A stretch of 60,513 nt of DNA, filler included, from 8 parts of 8 records of this genome joined end to end with filler, not necessarily neighbours in it; one strand, 5' to 3'. Counted from the first letter of the whole stretch, positions 50,092 through 59,411 are shown. Translations and numbers: made by a program. Notes: a model not told the origin generated them from the letters alone.

Positions 50092-50925
50092 ATGGATAAG
50101 TTGGGATGGAAGGAAGATAAACGAATCGGTATTTTCGGAGACAAAGGACCTCATGTAATCGTCCTGCACGGAGGCCCAGGTGCATCGGGAAGTGCCGCGC
50201 CGATAGCCAAAGGTCTGGCTTATGATTTCAGGGTGTTTGAACCCTGGCAGCGTGTAAGCGGTGACATACCGTTATCTGTTGGTGTTCATATTTCCGATCT
50301 CCATCAGCTGATATCGAACCGATGCGGCGATCAGGTTCCCGCACTTGTCGGTAACTCATGGGGAGCAATGCTCGCATTGGCTTATGCAGCGAAGTATCCG
50401 GAGACAGTCGGGCCTCTTGTACTTATCGGTTGCGGAACTTTTGACATACGCTCCCGTGAGGAGGCGATCAGAACACGGAAGCGCAGAATTTCTGATTACC
50501 TAAAGAAGCACCCAGAGCATAGTTCCGATCTGCATCTGTCTTTTCAGGAACAGATTATGAAGTGGCATGAAATGACAGATAATTACGATTGTGAGACTGA
50601 CACTATCGGGAATTCGGAAACTGAACCCTTTGATATGAGAGCACACACTGAGACATGGAACGACATGATCCGCTGTCAGGAAGAGGGCATATATCCTCAA
50701 TCATTTACAGTTATCGACTCACCGGTAATTATGCTGCATGGCACATATGACCCGCATCCGGGAAAAATGATAAGAGATAAACTGAAACAGTATATACCCC
50801 AACTGGAATATCATGAATTTGAAAAATGCGGTCATTCGCCTTCAAAAGAGAAATATGTAAAAGATGATTTCTTTCAGGCAATGTGTGCCTGGTTGAAAGA
50901 AAAGTTCAGTAAAACGTGTGCATAA
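50092..50925 (+). CDS. Alpha/beta hydrolase (proline iminopeptidase-like)
   Basis: LHGGPG, GNSWG nucleophile elbow, HGTYD, CGHSP. Confidence 0.9.
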   Translation: MDKLGWKEDKRIGIFGDKGPHVIVLHGGPGASGSAAPIAKGLAYDFRVFEPWQRVSGDIPLSVGVHISDLHQLISNRCGDQVPALVGNSWGAMLALAYAAKYPETVGPLVLIGCGTFDIRSREEAIRTRKRRISDYLKKHPEHSSDLHLSFQEQIMKWHEMTDNYDCETDTIGNSETEPFDMRAHTETWNDMIRCQEEGIYPQSFTVIDSPVIMLHGTYDPHPGKMIRDKLKQYIPQLEYHEFEKCGHSPSKEKYVKDDFFQAMCAWLKEKFSKTCA

Positions 50926-50958
50926 ACCGTCGTTTCACCGGACTCGCCTCCGTTAGGA
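50920..50958 (+). mobile_element. Truncated attC-like site
   Basis: GCATAAAC-CGTCG-TTTCAC-CGGAC...GTTAGGA overlapping the stop codon; too short for a full attC. Confidence 0.35.
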
Positions 50959-51052
50959 TGATCGATCCCCATATGTTCAATCTGACAAGGCGGTCCGGAT
51001 AGAACACATCTATGGTTTTGCTGTTTACGATATAGCGTCGGAATTTGTCAGG

Positions 51053-51304
51053 TTACAATTCCATACGCAAAGTCAGGGCAAGACCCGCCATCTCAACGTT
51101 GGTCTTCCATTCTGAGGCGGTGATCCCCCACTCCCGGCAGTCGTCTGGGTCAGCATCCCTGTTAAATGCGGATTTGAGCCATAAAGGGTCCCTGTTGTCA
51201 TAGCACCAGGCGGCAAAGGAGTCGTCCCTTAGGAAGACGGAAGGGGCTGTTCCCGGGTTTTTAATTGTCATCTCTCTGAGCTCATCTGCTGTTTCTGCGA
51301 ACAT
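51053..51304 (-). CDS. Hypothetical protein (83 aa)
   Basis: Protein-like composition, AAAAGG upstream; no family recognised. Confidence 0.55.
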   Translation of the reverse strand: MFAETADELREMTIKNPGTAPSVFLRDDSFAAWCYDNRDPLWLKSAFNRDADPDDCREWGITASEWKTNVEMAGLALTLRMEL

Positions 51305-51576
51305 GATCTGCCTTTTATTTTATAGGTTAAAAAAATAGCGATATTTTATAATTTAAAAATGGGATTTTTTCAAATGAATTTTTAAATAGAGAGTCGGGCC
51401 GAGCTAATAGACTGATTTAAGGGGGGGGGAAATGGGACTTTTCACGAAGACCAACCCACTTTGCCGATTTTGAGACTGAAAATGTAAGGCTACCCCCTGC
51501 TGGAGGAATCTATGTTTTTATAGAACAGGGGTGGCGTGAGTTCGATCCAGGAAAGACGCCATCATTCAAGGAGAAG

Positions 51577-53031
51577 TTGCGTGTGGATAATTTTACCTTT
51601 ACACACATGTGTGTTAAGCAAACCGCAGAGGGGATACGGGAAGGGCTGACCCAATTCTCCGGGCCGAGCCGGACCGCAATAATTTATTCGATTAAACCCA
51701 AAGATCCCATCTACATTTATGATCCGCAAAACCTGCTGGCCGGTCATGAACCGAAATTCAAGGAATTGTACATTGATTCGGATGCGTGGCGGGAAAAAAC
51801 CGCCATCGGGTATGATAAAAAAAAATTCAGCGACCTGATTCCGGAAAAAAACCTGGAACTGGCCGGACTGATTTCATACGGGGGGCGGTCCAGCTCGGTG
51901 GCCTACCAGATGTGGTTTACCGAACATCATCCGGACATGTGTTCCATCGGCCCCATTGAAAGGTGGATCGAACAGGCTGTCTGGCGGTTATCCCATGATG
52001 TGGCCAATGAAGAATACCTGTATACGGGTATTTCAGGCAATTACCTGAAAGAGTATGCCACCCATGCAGTCCGGGACTATATCGTGGATAAAATGAATGT
52101 ATTGATCGGATGGGACACACGGATGAGGGTCTACCCCATTCTCGAGGCCGTGCTCAAGATATCCAGGACCCCGGAAGAAGGTTCATGGCCGAAGGGCAAG
52201 CTGATTTTCGTGGAAAAGCACTCTCTATCCAAACTGCGGTTCATTGCAAAGTTTCCTGAAGCGGAACGACCTGAGCTGGAAAATGTCAAGCATATTAGAA
52301 AGCTGCTGCAGAGCGTTGAAAACTCGGAACGGAAACTGGTGGCGGATGAAAAAACAATCATCGGCATTATCAAGGGCGACAGTCCGGATTTTTCCATTGC
52401 TGCCGAATTTAACGGGTCATACGGATTTTTAGAGCTGAACAGCAATAAGGTCTGTTCTTTTTCCGATGGTTGCTTCCAGTCTACCACCCGCAAAGCAAAG
52501 CTTGTACAGCTCGAAGAGGCATTGCTGGATTCGGAGATGGATTCTGAAGATGCGTCCACCTTATTTAAGATTGTTTCAGAAATTGTTCACAATGCCGCAA
52601 GCTTACGACACGGATGCGCCATTGTGGTTGACCTGAACACCCCCCCTGTTTTTATCTCGAGTCAATCTCTTGAACACCCACTTGACCTTAAAAATCATGA
52701 CGAATTCGAACTGGCAAAATCACTGTCCCGGGTGGACGGTGCTATTCATATCGGGGCTGATTTGAAACTTCACGAATTTGCCTGTCTTCTGGACGGTCAT
52801 TCTATCCCCCATGAGTACCGGGCCCGGGGTGCTCGGTTTAATTCAGCCCTGCGGTTCACGGCTGAACATGAGAATGTCATTGTCATCGTGGTCTCTTCGG
52901 ATTCTCCTGTCTCGGTGATGATGGACGGCGGTGTACTGGACGCCAAATGCCTTTTGAAACCGTCCATGTTCTGCAATGCACCAATGCTGCTAAAAAAATG
53001 GGTGGACACCTCTGATTCGGTGTACTATTGA
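51577..53031 (+). CDS. DisA_N / diadenylate-cyclase-like domain protein with long N-terminal region
   Basis: HGCAIVV, SRVDGA, RGARFNSA, VIVVSSD at the C-terminus; AAGGAG RBS. Confidence 0.82.
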   Translation: MRVDNFTFTHMCVKQTAEGIREGLTQFSGPSRTAIIYSIKPKDPIYIYDPQNLLAGHEPKFKELYIDSDAWREKTAIGYDKKKFSDLIPEKNLELAGLISYGGRSSSVAYQMWFTEHHPDMCSIGPIERWIEQAVWRLSHDVANEEYLYTGISGNYLKEYATHAVRDYIVDKMNVLIGWDTRMRVYPILEAVLKISRTPEEGSWPKGKLIFVEKHSLSKLRFIAKFPEAERPELENVKHIRKLLQSVENSERKLVADEKTIIGIIKGDSPDFSIAAEFNGSYGFLELNSNKVCSFSDGCFQSTTRKAKLVQLEEALLDSEMDSEDASTLFKIVSEIVHNAASLRHGCAIVVDLNTPPVFISSQSLEHPLDLKNHDEFELAKSLSRVDGAIHIGADLKLHEFACLLDGHSIPHEYRARGARFNSALRFTAEHENVIVIVVSSDSPVSVMMDGGVLDAKCLLKPSMFCNAPMLLKKWVDTSDSVYY

Positions 53032-53063
53032 CCTACACACAGGTCGGGGAACACTGTAGGCGA

Positions 53064-53113
53064 TTCAAACAAGAAACATGTTACCGGCAAGCCGCAGAAG
53101 TTCAACGTTCGAA
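53064..53113 (+). mobile_element. Degenerate attC/attI-like recombination site opening the cassette
   Basis: TTCAAAC...CGGC-AA-GCCG...TCAAC-GTTCGAA. Confidence 0.5.
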
Positions 53114-53137
53114 CTCACAAAAAGGGAGAAATGCATA

Positions 53138-53980
53138 ATGAAACACCTGAAAAATTGGATCCACCCCCTATTCTTTTTGGCAATTTGTTTAATAATGTCA
53201 AGTTGTGGGATAACGCCGAAGCATCATCGTAGCAGCAGTGTCATGCAGTATCTTTACCCGGACAGAATGGATTATATAGAAACACCCGGCATCCCGCATT
53301 TAGCACTGCCATTACGTGTCGGTGTTGCATTTGTACCGGAAGACACTGAGCGTAACAAGGCCCTCACCGAGAGAGACAAGATGACATTAATGAAGGAGGT
53401 GAGTCAGCATTTTAAAAAATATCAATTCGTTAAATCCATTGAACTTATACCTTCCGCCTACCTCAGAAAGGAAGGAGGTTTTACAAACTTAGATCAAATT
53501 CGTACAATGCATGGGATTGATGTAATAACGCTTCTATCTTATGATCAAGTACAATTTACAGATGAAGGGTTGGCAGCTATCACATACTGGACCATCGTAG
53601 GCGCATACGTAATTCCAGGTGAAAAGAACGACACCCATACCATGGTTGATGCCTCCGTATATGATATTCAAAGCAAAAAAATGCTTTTTCGGGCGCCGGG
53701 AATAAGCCACAAAAAGAGTAACGCAACCCCTGTGAACCTTTCAGAGCAATTGCGTACTGACAGTGTGGCAAGCTTCAAAGAAGCCAGTGTCGATCTGGTT
53801 GACAATCTTGAAATCCAACTGGAATTGTTCAAAGAAAAAATCAAAGAGTCTCCAGAGGACTATCAAATAAGCCATAAAGCCGGCTACACCGGCGGTGGAG
53901 CGATTGATGGTTCACTGGTAATTATTCTTGGCATATTGGGTGGATACGGGCTATGGCTGAAAAGAAAACGCAAAGCATAG
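53138..53980 (+). CDS. Rhombotarget lipoprotein (GlyGly-CTERM)
   Basis: Lipobox IMSS-C, PLRVGVAFVP, YWTIVGAY, LFRAPG; C-terminus TGGGAIDG, TM, KRKRKA. Confidence 0.88.
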   Translation: MKHLKNWIHPLFFLAICLIMSSCGITPKHHRSSSVMQYLYPDRMDYIETPGIPHLALPLRVGVAFVPEDTERNKALTERDKMTLMKEVSQHFKKYQFVKSIELIPSAYLRKEGGFTNLDQIRTMHGIDVITLLSYDQVQFTDEGLAAITYWTIVGAYVIPGEKNDTHTMVDASVYDIQSKKMLFRAPGISHKKSNATPVNLSEQLRTDSVASFKEASVDLVDNLEIQLELFKEKIKESPEDYQISHKAGYTGGGAIDGSLVIILGILGGYGLWLKRKRKA

Positions 53981-54606
53981 TGAAAAAGTTTCCATTACTT
54001 ACCGCTATCGTTCTTTTTTTCAGTGGGCTGTGTTTCGTATTGCCGAGCATGTCATCACTGTTTATTTTCGACCGTTCCGCTATACTGCAAGGCCAAGTCT
54101 GGCGATTATTATCTTGCCATTTCGTTCATTTCAGCGGCACACATATAGCCTATAATTTAATCGTATTTGGTGCTGCAGGGTGGCTCGTTGAAAGAGCCGG
54201 ATATTTGCATTTCTCGGTACTATTTGTTTCAATAGCGATTGTCGCCGGTGGTTCGTTATTCGTTCTAAGACCAGCCATGGACTATTATGGCGGACTGTCA
54301 GGTATAGCATGCGGGTTCATATACTACTATTCCCTTATTCAATTGACAAACACAGGTCCTTGGAAAATAATATGCAAATTAATTATCCTATTCCTTCCTA
54401 TAAAGATCTTTGTTGAGGCATACAATAACGCTTCAATCTTACCATATTGGGCGGAGCAAACGTTCGTAATAATGCCGTTTAGTCATATATCGGGCATTTC
54501 CGTGGCAATTTTGCTATATTTTATACTCGAAGGAAGTAAACGATTTTCGAACCAACGGTTGAAGAAGGATGGGCCATTCCGCCGCGCCACATGGCCGACA
54601 TCTTAA
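53953..54606 (+). CDS. rrtA: Rhombosortase (rhomboid-family intramembrane protease)
   Basis: WRLLSCHFVH, HIAYN, YGGLSG (catalytic Ser), SHISG (catalytic His); follows a GlyGly-CTERM gene. Confidence 0.88.
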   Translation: MAEKKTQSIVKKFPLLTAIVLFFSGLCFVLPSMSSLFIFDRSAILQGQVWRLLSCHFVHFSGTHIAYNLIVFGAAGWLVERAGYLHFSVLFVSIAIVAGGSLFVLRPAMDYYGGLSGIACGFIYYYSLIQLTNTGPWKIICKLIILFLPIKIFVEAYNNASILPYWAEQTFVIMPFSHISGISVAILLYFILEGSKRFSNQRLKKDGPFRRATWPTS

Positions 54607-54620
54607 ACACGCCGTTATCC
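54546..54620 (+). mobile_element. Integron attC site (75 bp)
   Basis: R'' TTCGAAC, N5, GTTGAAG...GATGGGCCA / TGGCCGACATCTTAAAC, spacer, R' GTTATCC. Confidence 0.7.
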
Positions 54621-54639
54621 TCACAAACAAAGGGCTTAA

Positions 54640-54661
54640 ATGATTGCTTATTGCGGTATAG
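54640..54661 (+). CDS. Start of the next cassette ORF (MIAYCGI..., DUF3795-like), truncated
   Basis: ATG about 20 nt after the attC; only 7 codons visible. Confidence 0.4.
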
Positions 54662-54761
54662 NNNNNNNNNNNNNNNNNNNNNNNNNNNNNNNNNNNNNNN
54701 NNNNNTTAATTAATTAANNNNNNNNNNNNNNNNNNNNNNNNNNNNNNNNNNNNNNNNNNNN
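54662..54761. other. Artificial contig linker
   Basis: N44-TTAATTAATTAA-N44. Confidence 0.98.
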
Positions 54762-54762
54762 C

Positions 54763-55638
54763 ATTCTGCGGGGAGAGAAGGTAGGTGTCATGGGGCCCAA
54801 TGGCTGTGGAAAAACGACCCTCATCCAGGTTCTTTTAAAGGAGCTGGAACCCTCTGAAGGCCATATCAAGCTGGGCGCCCGGGTCGAGTGCGCCTATTTC
54901 GACCAAACAAGAGAACAACTGGATCCGGAAAAATCCTTAATAGAGAATGTGACGGATGGCGGAGACCTCCTCATCATCAACGGTAAAAGCAGACACGCCA
55001 TAGGCTACCTCAAGGATTTCCTATTCACCCCTGATCAGATGCGAAGTCCCGTTAAAACCCTTTCAGGAGGAGAAAAAAACCGGCTCCTTCTGGCCCGTCT
55101 TTTCGCGAAACCATCGAATCTTCTGGTACTGGACGAACCCACAAACGATCTGGATGCCGAAACCCTCGAACTGCTGGAAGAATTACTGTTGAATTATCAA
55201 GGAAATGTGCTGTTGGTAAGCCATGACCGTGCATTCCTAAACAACGTGGTCACGAGCATCCTTGTTTTTGAAGGGAACGGTCAGGTTGTCGAATACATTG
55301 GCGGATATGACGACTGGCTGAAACAAAAAAAGGAAGACACAAAACCCCCGGCGGGCCGTTTAAAACATGGCTTAAAGAAACCCAAACGGAAATCCGAAGC
55401 GCCCCGGAAGCTCACCTATCGGGAGAACCGGGAACTGGAAGGCATCCCTTCGCTCATAGAATCCCTTGAAACGGAACACGCCTTACTGTTTGGCCGCATG
55501 TCGGATCCTTCGTTTTACAAAAAGGAAGGATCCGAGATCGCAAGTACCAAGGAGAAGTTTGAATCCCTTGAAATCACGATTGAAGAAGCCTACCAAAGAT
55601 GGGAGGCCCTTGAAGCCGTTGCTGAAAGCAACCGTTAA
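54763..55638 (+). CDS. uup: ABC-F ATPase Uup, 5'-truncated
   Basis: GPNGCGKTT, LSGGEKNRLLLA, DEPTNDLD, C-terminal KLTYRE...RWEALE domain. Confidence 0.92.
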   Translation: MLRGEKVGVMGPNGCGKTTLIQVLLKELEPSEGHIKLGARVECAYFDQTREQLDPEKSLIENVTDGGDLLIINGKSRHAIGYLKDFLFTPDQMRSPVKTLSGGEKNRLLLARLFAKPSNLLVLDEPTNDLDAETLELLEELLLNYQGNVLLVSHDRAFLNNVVTSILVFEGNGQVVEYIGGYDDWLKQKKEDTKPPAGRLKHGLKKPKRKSEAPRKLTYRENRELEGIPSLIESLETEHALLFGRMSDPSFYKKEGSEIASTKEKFESLEITIEEAYQRWEALEAVAESNR

Positions 55639-55875
55639 CAGCAAACAAGACCGGATCAGGATTGAATCACAATGGCCGGATACAACCCCTCCAATTCGCC
55701 ATCCAAACAATGGATTGGTCATGATCCCAATGGGTTTCAAAAATTGCCGCCTTGTCGGTCAAGAATTCGCTCCATGATGATGGAAAGCCTATTGCCAAAT
55801 GTCCACCAGCCGTCAAAGGAAAACCTCCATGAAAATGTAATATTATAACAATATCCAATGCAATTTCGATATTAA

Positions 55876-55904
55876 TTGACAGAATGTTGCTTTGAGACTA
55901 AAGT
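55876..55904 (+). promoter_or_regulatory. Sigma70-type promoter
   Basis: TTGACA, 17 nt, TAAAGT upstream of 56008. Confidence 0.55.
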
Positions 55905-56007
55905 AAGTTATTTTTAAATTCCTATTAGGAATCGATAAAGATGTGTCATAAACAAGACCATCATTTCCGTTACCATACAATCCCTTCGATAAAATAGGAG
56001 ATCAAAC

Positions 56008-56373
56008 ATGAGCGAAAATGATATTAAAGCGCTCTTCGATGAGTGGAACAGCGCCCTTCAGACCGGTGATCCCAAGAAAGTAGCCGTTCTCTATGAAACC
56101 AACGGCATTCTGCTGCCGACCGTGTCCAACAAGGTTCGCCACAACCACGAAGAAATTGAGGACTATTTCGTCCATTTTTGCGCCAAAGGGCCGGTGGGCA
56201 AAATCGATGAGGCAAACGTCCGCACCTTCGGTCAACTTGCCATCAACTCCGGCGTCTATACCTTTACGTTCAAAGATGGATCCGCCGTGCAGGCCCGGTT
56301 CACCTTCGTATACCGCTGGAACGGTGAACGTTGGATGATCGTTGAACATCATTCTTCGCAAATGCCGGAATAA
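56008..56373 (+). CDS. SgcJ/EcaC (DUF4440, CaMKII-association fold) protein; iota-carbonic-anhydrase-like
   Basis: LFDEWN..L.TGDP, LLPTVSN, DYFVHF, ARFTFVY, terminal HHSS.MPE; AGGAG RBS. Confidence 0.85.
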   Translation: MSENDIKALFDEWNSALQTGDPKKVAVLYETNGILLPTVSNKVRHNHEEIEDYFVHFCAKGPVGKIDEANVRTFGQLAINSGVYTFTFKDGSAVQARFTFVYRWNGERWMIVEHHSSQMPE

Positions 56374-56568
56374 AGATTCGGAGTGCCCGTGGAACCGTCA
56401 AAGTAAGACTTTCATGGGCGTCCCGATTTACGCCCGTACCAGGGAAAAAGGAAAACCTTTCCAGCCATAAAAAACACTTCTTATGGAATATCCAAGAGTT
56501 GCAGGCCGGCACTGCCAACCCTAACCTCCAATTCCTCTAGTCAATTACAACCGCCTGAAGGCGAGGGA

Positions 56569-57135
56569 TTAACTCCGGCGTGTCAATGGAGAACAGTCAT
56601 CCACGGGATAAGGCAGGATCAATGCGGATTGCTTTTTCGAATTCCCAACCGTTTCATTCACGGTCACCGTCTCTTCAGAAACGGTGACCGTGATATTTCT
56701 CACCACATTTTCCAGCTTTCTGATGTTTCCTTTGCATGGATGGCGAATAAAATGCGCCAGTGGAGCCGGCGATATCCGTTTGGGTTTCAAATTTAGTTTT
56801 CGGGCTTCAACGGTGATAAACTGTTTCAGAAGGAGAGGAATATCTTCTTTCCGATCACGAAGCGGTGGAATATGGAGAAGAAGCACATTCAGACGATAGA
56901 GCAAGTCTTCACAAAAACGTTTTGCTGTAATGGCTGATGACAAATCAATATTGGTGGCCGAAATAATTCTGACGTCGATTTTTTTCGAACCGTGCTTCCC
57001 ACCGGTTTAATCTCGCCATCCTGAAAACACGCAACATTCATGCCTGAAGTTCATAGGGCATATCACCGATCTCATCCAGGAATACAGTTCCGCCATGGGC
57101 CGCTTCAAACAGCCCTGTTTTATCTTGCGTGTCAT
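56569..57135 (-). pseudogene. Decayed sigma54-dependent activator (AAA+ domain fragment)
   Basis: [28 protein letters not shown] (TGA 57040-57038), frameshifts, then DVRIISATN, DLLYRLNV, PPLRDRKEDI, GNIRKLEN. Confidence 0.85.
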
Positions 57136-57445
57136 TAGCGAAAATGTAGAATCAGGGTATGGCGCCCTCATATCAGGGACCATCGACAAGCTCGGTAGGT
57201 TTCCCTTGCATTGACAAATGAAAACATGCAGCTGAAAGAATCGGATACCTGGGGAGCCGCTTACATACTGGATGGTATTGTAAGATGGACCCCCAGGGGC
57301 CATACCTTTTCCGGGTTTCCCTGAAGTGAAAAAATGGATACCAAAGCCCGGGATAGCTTGATCGGCGAACACCGGCGACCCTGGCCGGTTTTCCGGGCAT
57401 TAACCGAACAGAAAAAGCAGTCATGTAAAAATATCGGAGGTGGAT

Positions 57446-57607
57446 ATGTCTAAACTTAATGTTTGTGTGGTAATGGCGATTCTCATGTCTTTAGTGGCAT
57501 GCGGCGGAACTCGTTATAATTGGGCTCCCCAAGGAACTCACGTATATGTATCTCCAGACGTAGAATACGAAGGAACCAGGATTTCAGACCCTGACAGCGA
57601 ATTATAA
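57446..57607 (+). CDS. Small lipoprotein (53 aa; absent from the ORF track)
   Basis: GGAGGT RBS; MSKLNVCVVMAILMSLVA-CGGTRYNWAPQG...; lipobox LVAC. Confidence 0.7.
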   Translation: MSKLNVCVVMAILMSLVACGGTRYNWAPQGTHVYVSPDVEYEGTRISDPDSEL

Positions 57608-57772
57608 CTCCGATATTTTTTTGGAAGGGGAGAGGTAAGGGATAGGACGTATGCTCAGGATAGGCGAGGCAAGCCGAAAAGCGGGACCTACCCGGTCTCC
57701 TGGGCATTCAACCAGAAATGTTAAAACCCTGGAGGTGTTTTTTCCGAAATGTTACCTTGAGCAAATAGGAAC

Positions 57773-57804
57773 AAAAAAGGACTCAGGCCGGTTGACCTAA
57801 GTCC
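57773..57804 (-). terminator. Terminator following the displaced tRNA 3' repeat
   Basis: GGAC..AGG...CCT..GTCC hairpin with an A-run on the + strand. Confidence 0.55.
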
Positions 57805-57814
57805 CTGTTTTTGC

Positions 57815-57831
57815 TGGTGCCGAAGGCGAGA
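57815..57831 (-). repeat. att core: 17-bp copy of the tRNA-Leu 3' end
   Basis: TGGTGCCGAAGGCGAGA identical to 60443-60459. Confidence 0.9.
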
Positions 57832-58043
57832 TACGGCTATAACGTTTAACTAATTGAAATTTTTAATGCAATTTTGAAAAGTGCTCAAATTTTACTGTAA
57901 TCCGCACCCATTTTCCCCGTTTTGCGCGGGGGCACTGATGAGGGTTTTTCCTCGGCTTATTTCATTGGAAAGATCACTTCATGCTCCGGGTGTGAAGGGT
58001 GCATTTTCGGCAGGCTTCTGGGTCTTCAATTAATGCCCTGAAA

Positions 58044-59246
58044 TTAAGTTTCTGTTTCTCTATTCTCCTCAACAGCTCGTGGAAGTAAAATGGCTTGATT
58101 TTCAAAAAGTTGGAGGTAGGGTTCATAGCGAAAAATCTTATTTCTTTTTTGTCCCGTGATCTCCTTTAAGATACCAAATTCTTCCATCTTTTGAATAATG
58201 GAAGATGCCGTCACATATGAAACATTCATAATTTCGCTGGTCGCCTTAACGGTTATGAGGGGCATCTCAAATAATAGGTCCAAAAATCTCAAGCCGTTTA
58301 CACTGATTGACAATTCTGCTGTAATGAGTTCTCTATGTTTTTCTCTCAGATGGAGGATGGCACGGGCGGTTTCCGTCGAAGCCTGGCTGACTTCAAAGAC
58401 ACCGCGTAGAAAAAACTTGAGCCAGCCTTCCCAATCGCCCCGGTTTCTGATGGCCATCAGCCGGTCATAATACTCCGCCCGATACGCTTTCAAATAATAA
58501 CTCAGATACAGAAGCGGCCGATTCAGGATCGGTCCTTCGCAAAGCAGAAAAGTAATCAGCAGGCGCCCCATACGTCCGTTGCCGTCCAAAAAAGGATGGA
58601 TGGTTTCAAATTGAGCATGGGCCAGGGCACAATGGATGAGGACAGGGAGCGAAGACCTGTCATGAAGGAATTTCTCAAAATTGTTTAATGATTCCTTCAT
58701 CTGGTATGGCGGTGGCGGCACATACTGCGCCTCATTAAGGGTACAATTGGTTGGACCGATCCAATTTTGGCTCCTTCGGAATTCGCCCGGCGTTCTTTCA
58801 CCACCTCCAACACCCTGTAGCAGTTCTTCATGCATTTCCCGAATCAGGCGCAAACTGAGAGGTAATTCTTTAAGCTTTTCGATCCCTCGATTCATAGCCC
58901 TAACATAATTGACCACCTCTTCCACGTCTTTGGGACGTCGATCTTTTCCTGCCCCTGCTTCGTATTCCAAAACATCTTCCAAGGTGCTCTGCGTTCCCTC
59001 GATTTGAGAACTGAAGACGGCCTCTTGTTTAACGTACATCGCCACAAAAAGATCGGGATTCGGTAAAACGGTAGCCACTCCGTCAAGACGTCCCAGGGCA
59101 CGGTCAGCATCCGATAAAAGGCGAGTCAATTCGGCGTTCATCTGAATTGGAGGTGCGGGTGGCAACGGTGCGGGAATGAAGGCAGAGTAGCCCTCCAGTT
59201 GCCTTATGTAACGCCCGGCCCTGAATTGAAAAGTATCTTCTGTCAT
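58044..59246 (-). CDS. Fic family protein (class II-like) with C-terminal HTH
   Basis: HPFLDGNGRMGR active site, N-terminal SSQIEG inhibitory motif, C-terminal winged-helix-like region. Confidence 0.95.
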   Translation of the reverse strand: MTEDTFQFRAGRYIRQLEGYSAFIPAPLPPAPPIQMNAELTRLLSDADRALGRLDGVATVLPNPDLFVAMYVKQEAVFSSQIEGTQSTLEDVLEYEAGAGKDRRPKDVEEVVNYVRAMNRGIEKLKELPLSLRLIREMHEELLQGVGGGERTPGEFRRSQNWIGPTNCTLNEAQYVPPPPYQMKESLNNFEKFLHDRSSLPVLIHCALAHAQFETIHPFLDGNGRMGRLLITFLLCEGPILNRPLLYLSYYLKAYRAEYYDRLMAIRNRGDWEGWLKFFLRGVFEVSQASTETARAILHLREKHRELITAELSISVNGLRFLDLLFEMPLITVKATSEIMNVSYVTASSIIQKMEEFGILKEITGQKRNKIFRYEPYLQLFENQAILLPRAVEENRETET

Positions 59247-59284
59247 TTTATTTCAACGCAATTAAATAAGAGGTGATTTCCAAG

Positions 59285-59322
59285 ATCTTATTTTAAAAAA
59301 CCCTTGATTTTTAAAATAAGAT
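59285..59322. promoter_or_regulatory. Perfect 15-bp inverted repeat upstream of fic (putative operator)
   Basis: ATCTTATTTTAAAAA-N8-TTTTTAAAATAAGAT. Confidence 0.6.
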
Positions 59323-59411
59323 AGCGCACACAGGTCTCATATTTCAATCTTCTTAAATACTCAATGAAAAATTATTCAACTCAAGCTCAAATCCGTCCAT
59401 CTCACAATATT

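Noticed and set aside
9758-54761. Seven identical TTAATTAATTAA motifs within N runs, superficially a regular repeat
   Set aside because: Artificial contig-joining linkers; ORFs ending in X runs are artefacts and cross-linker neighbourhoods are meaningless.
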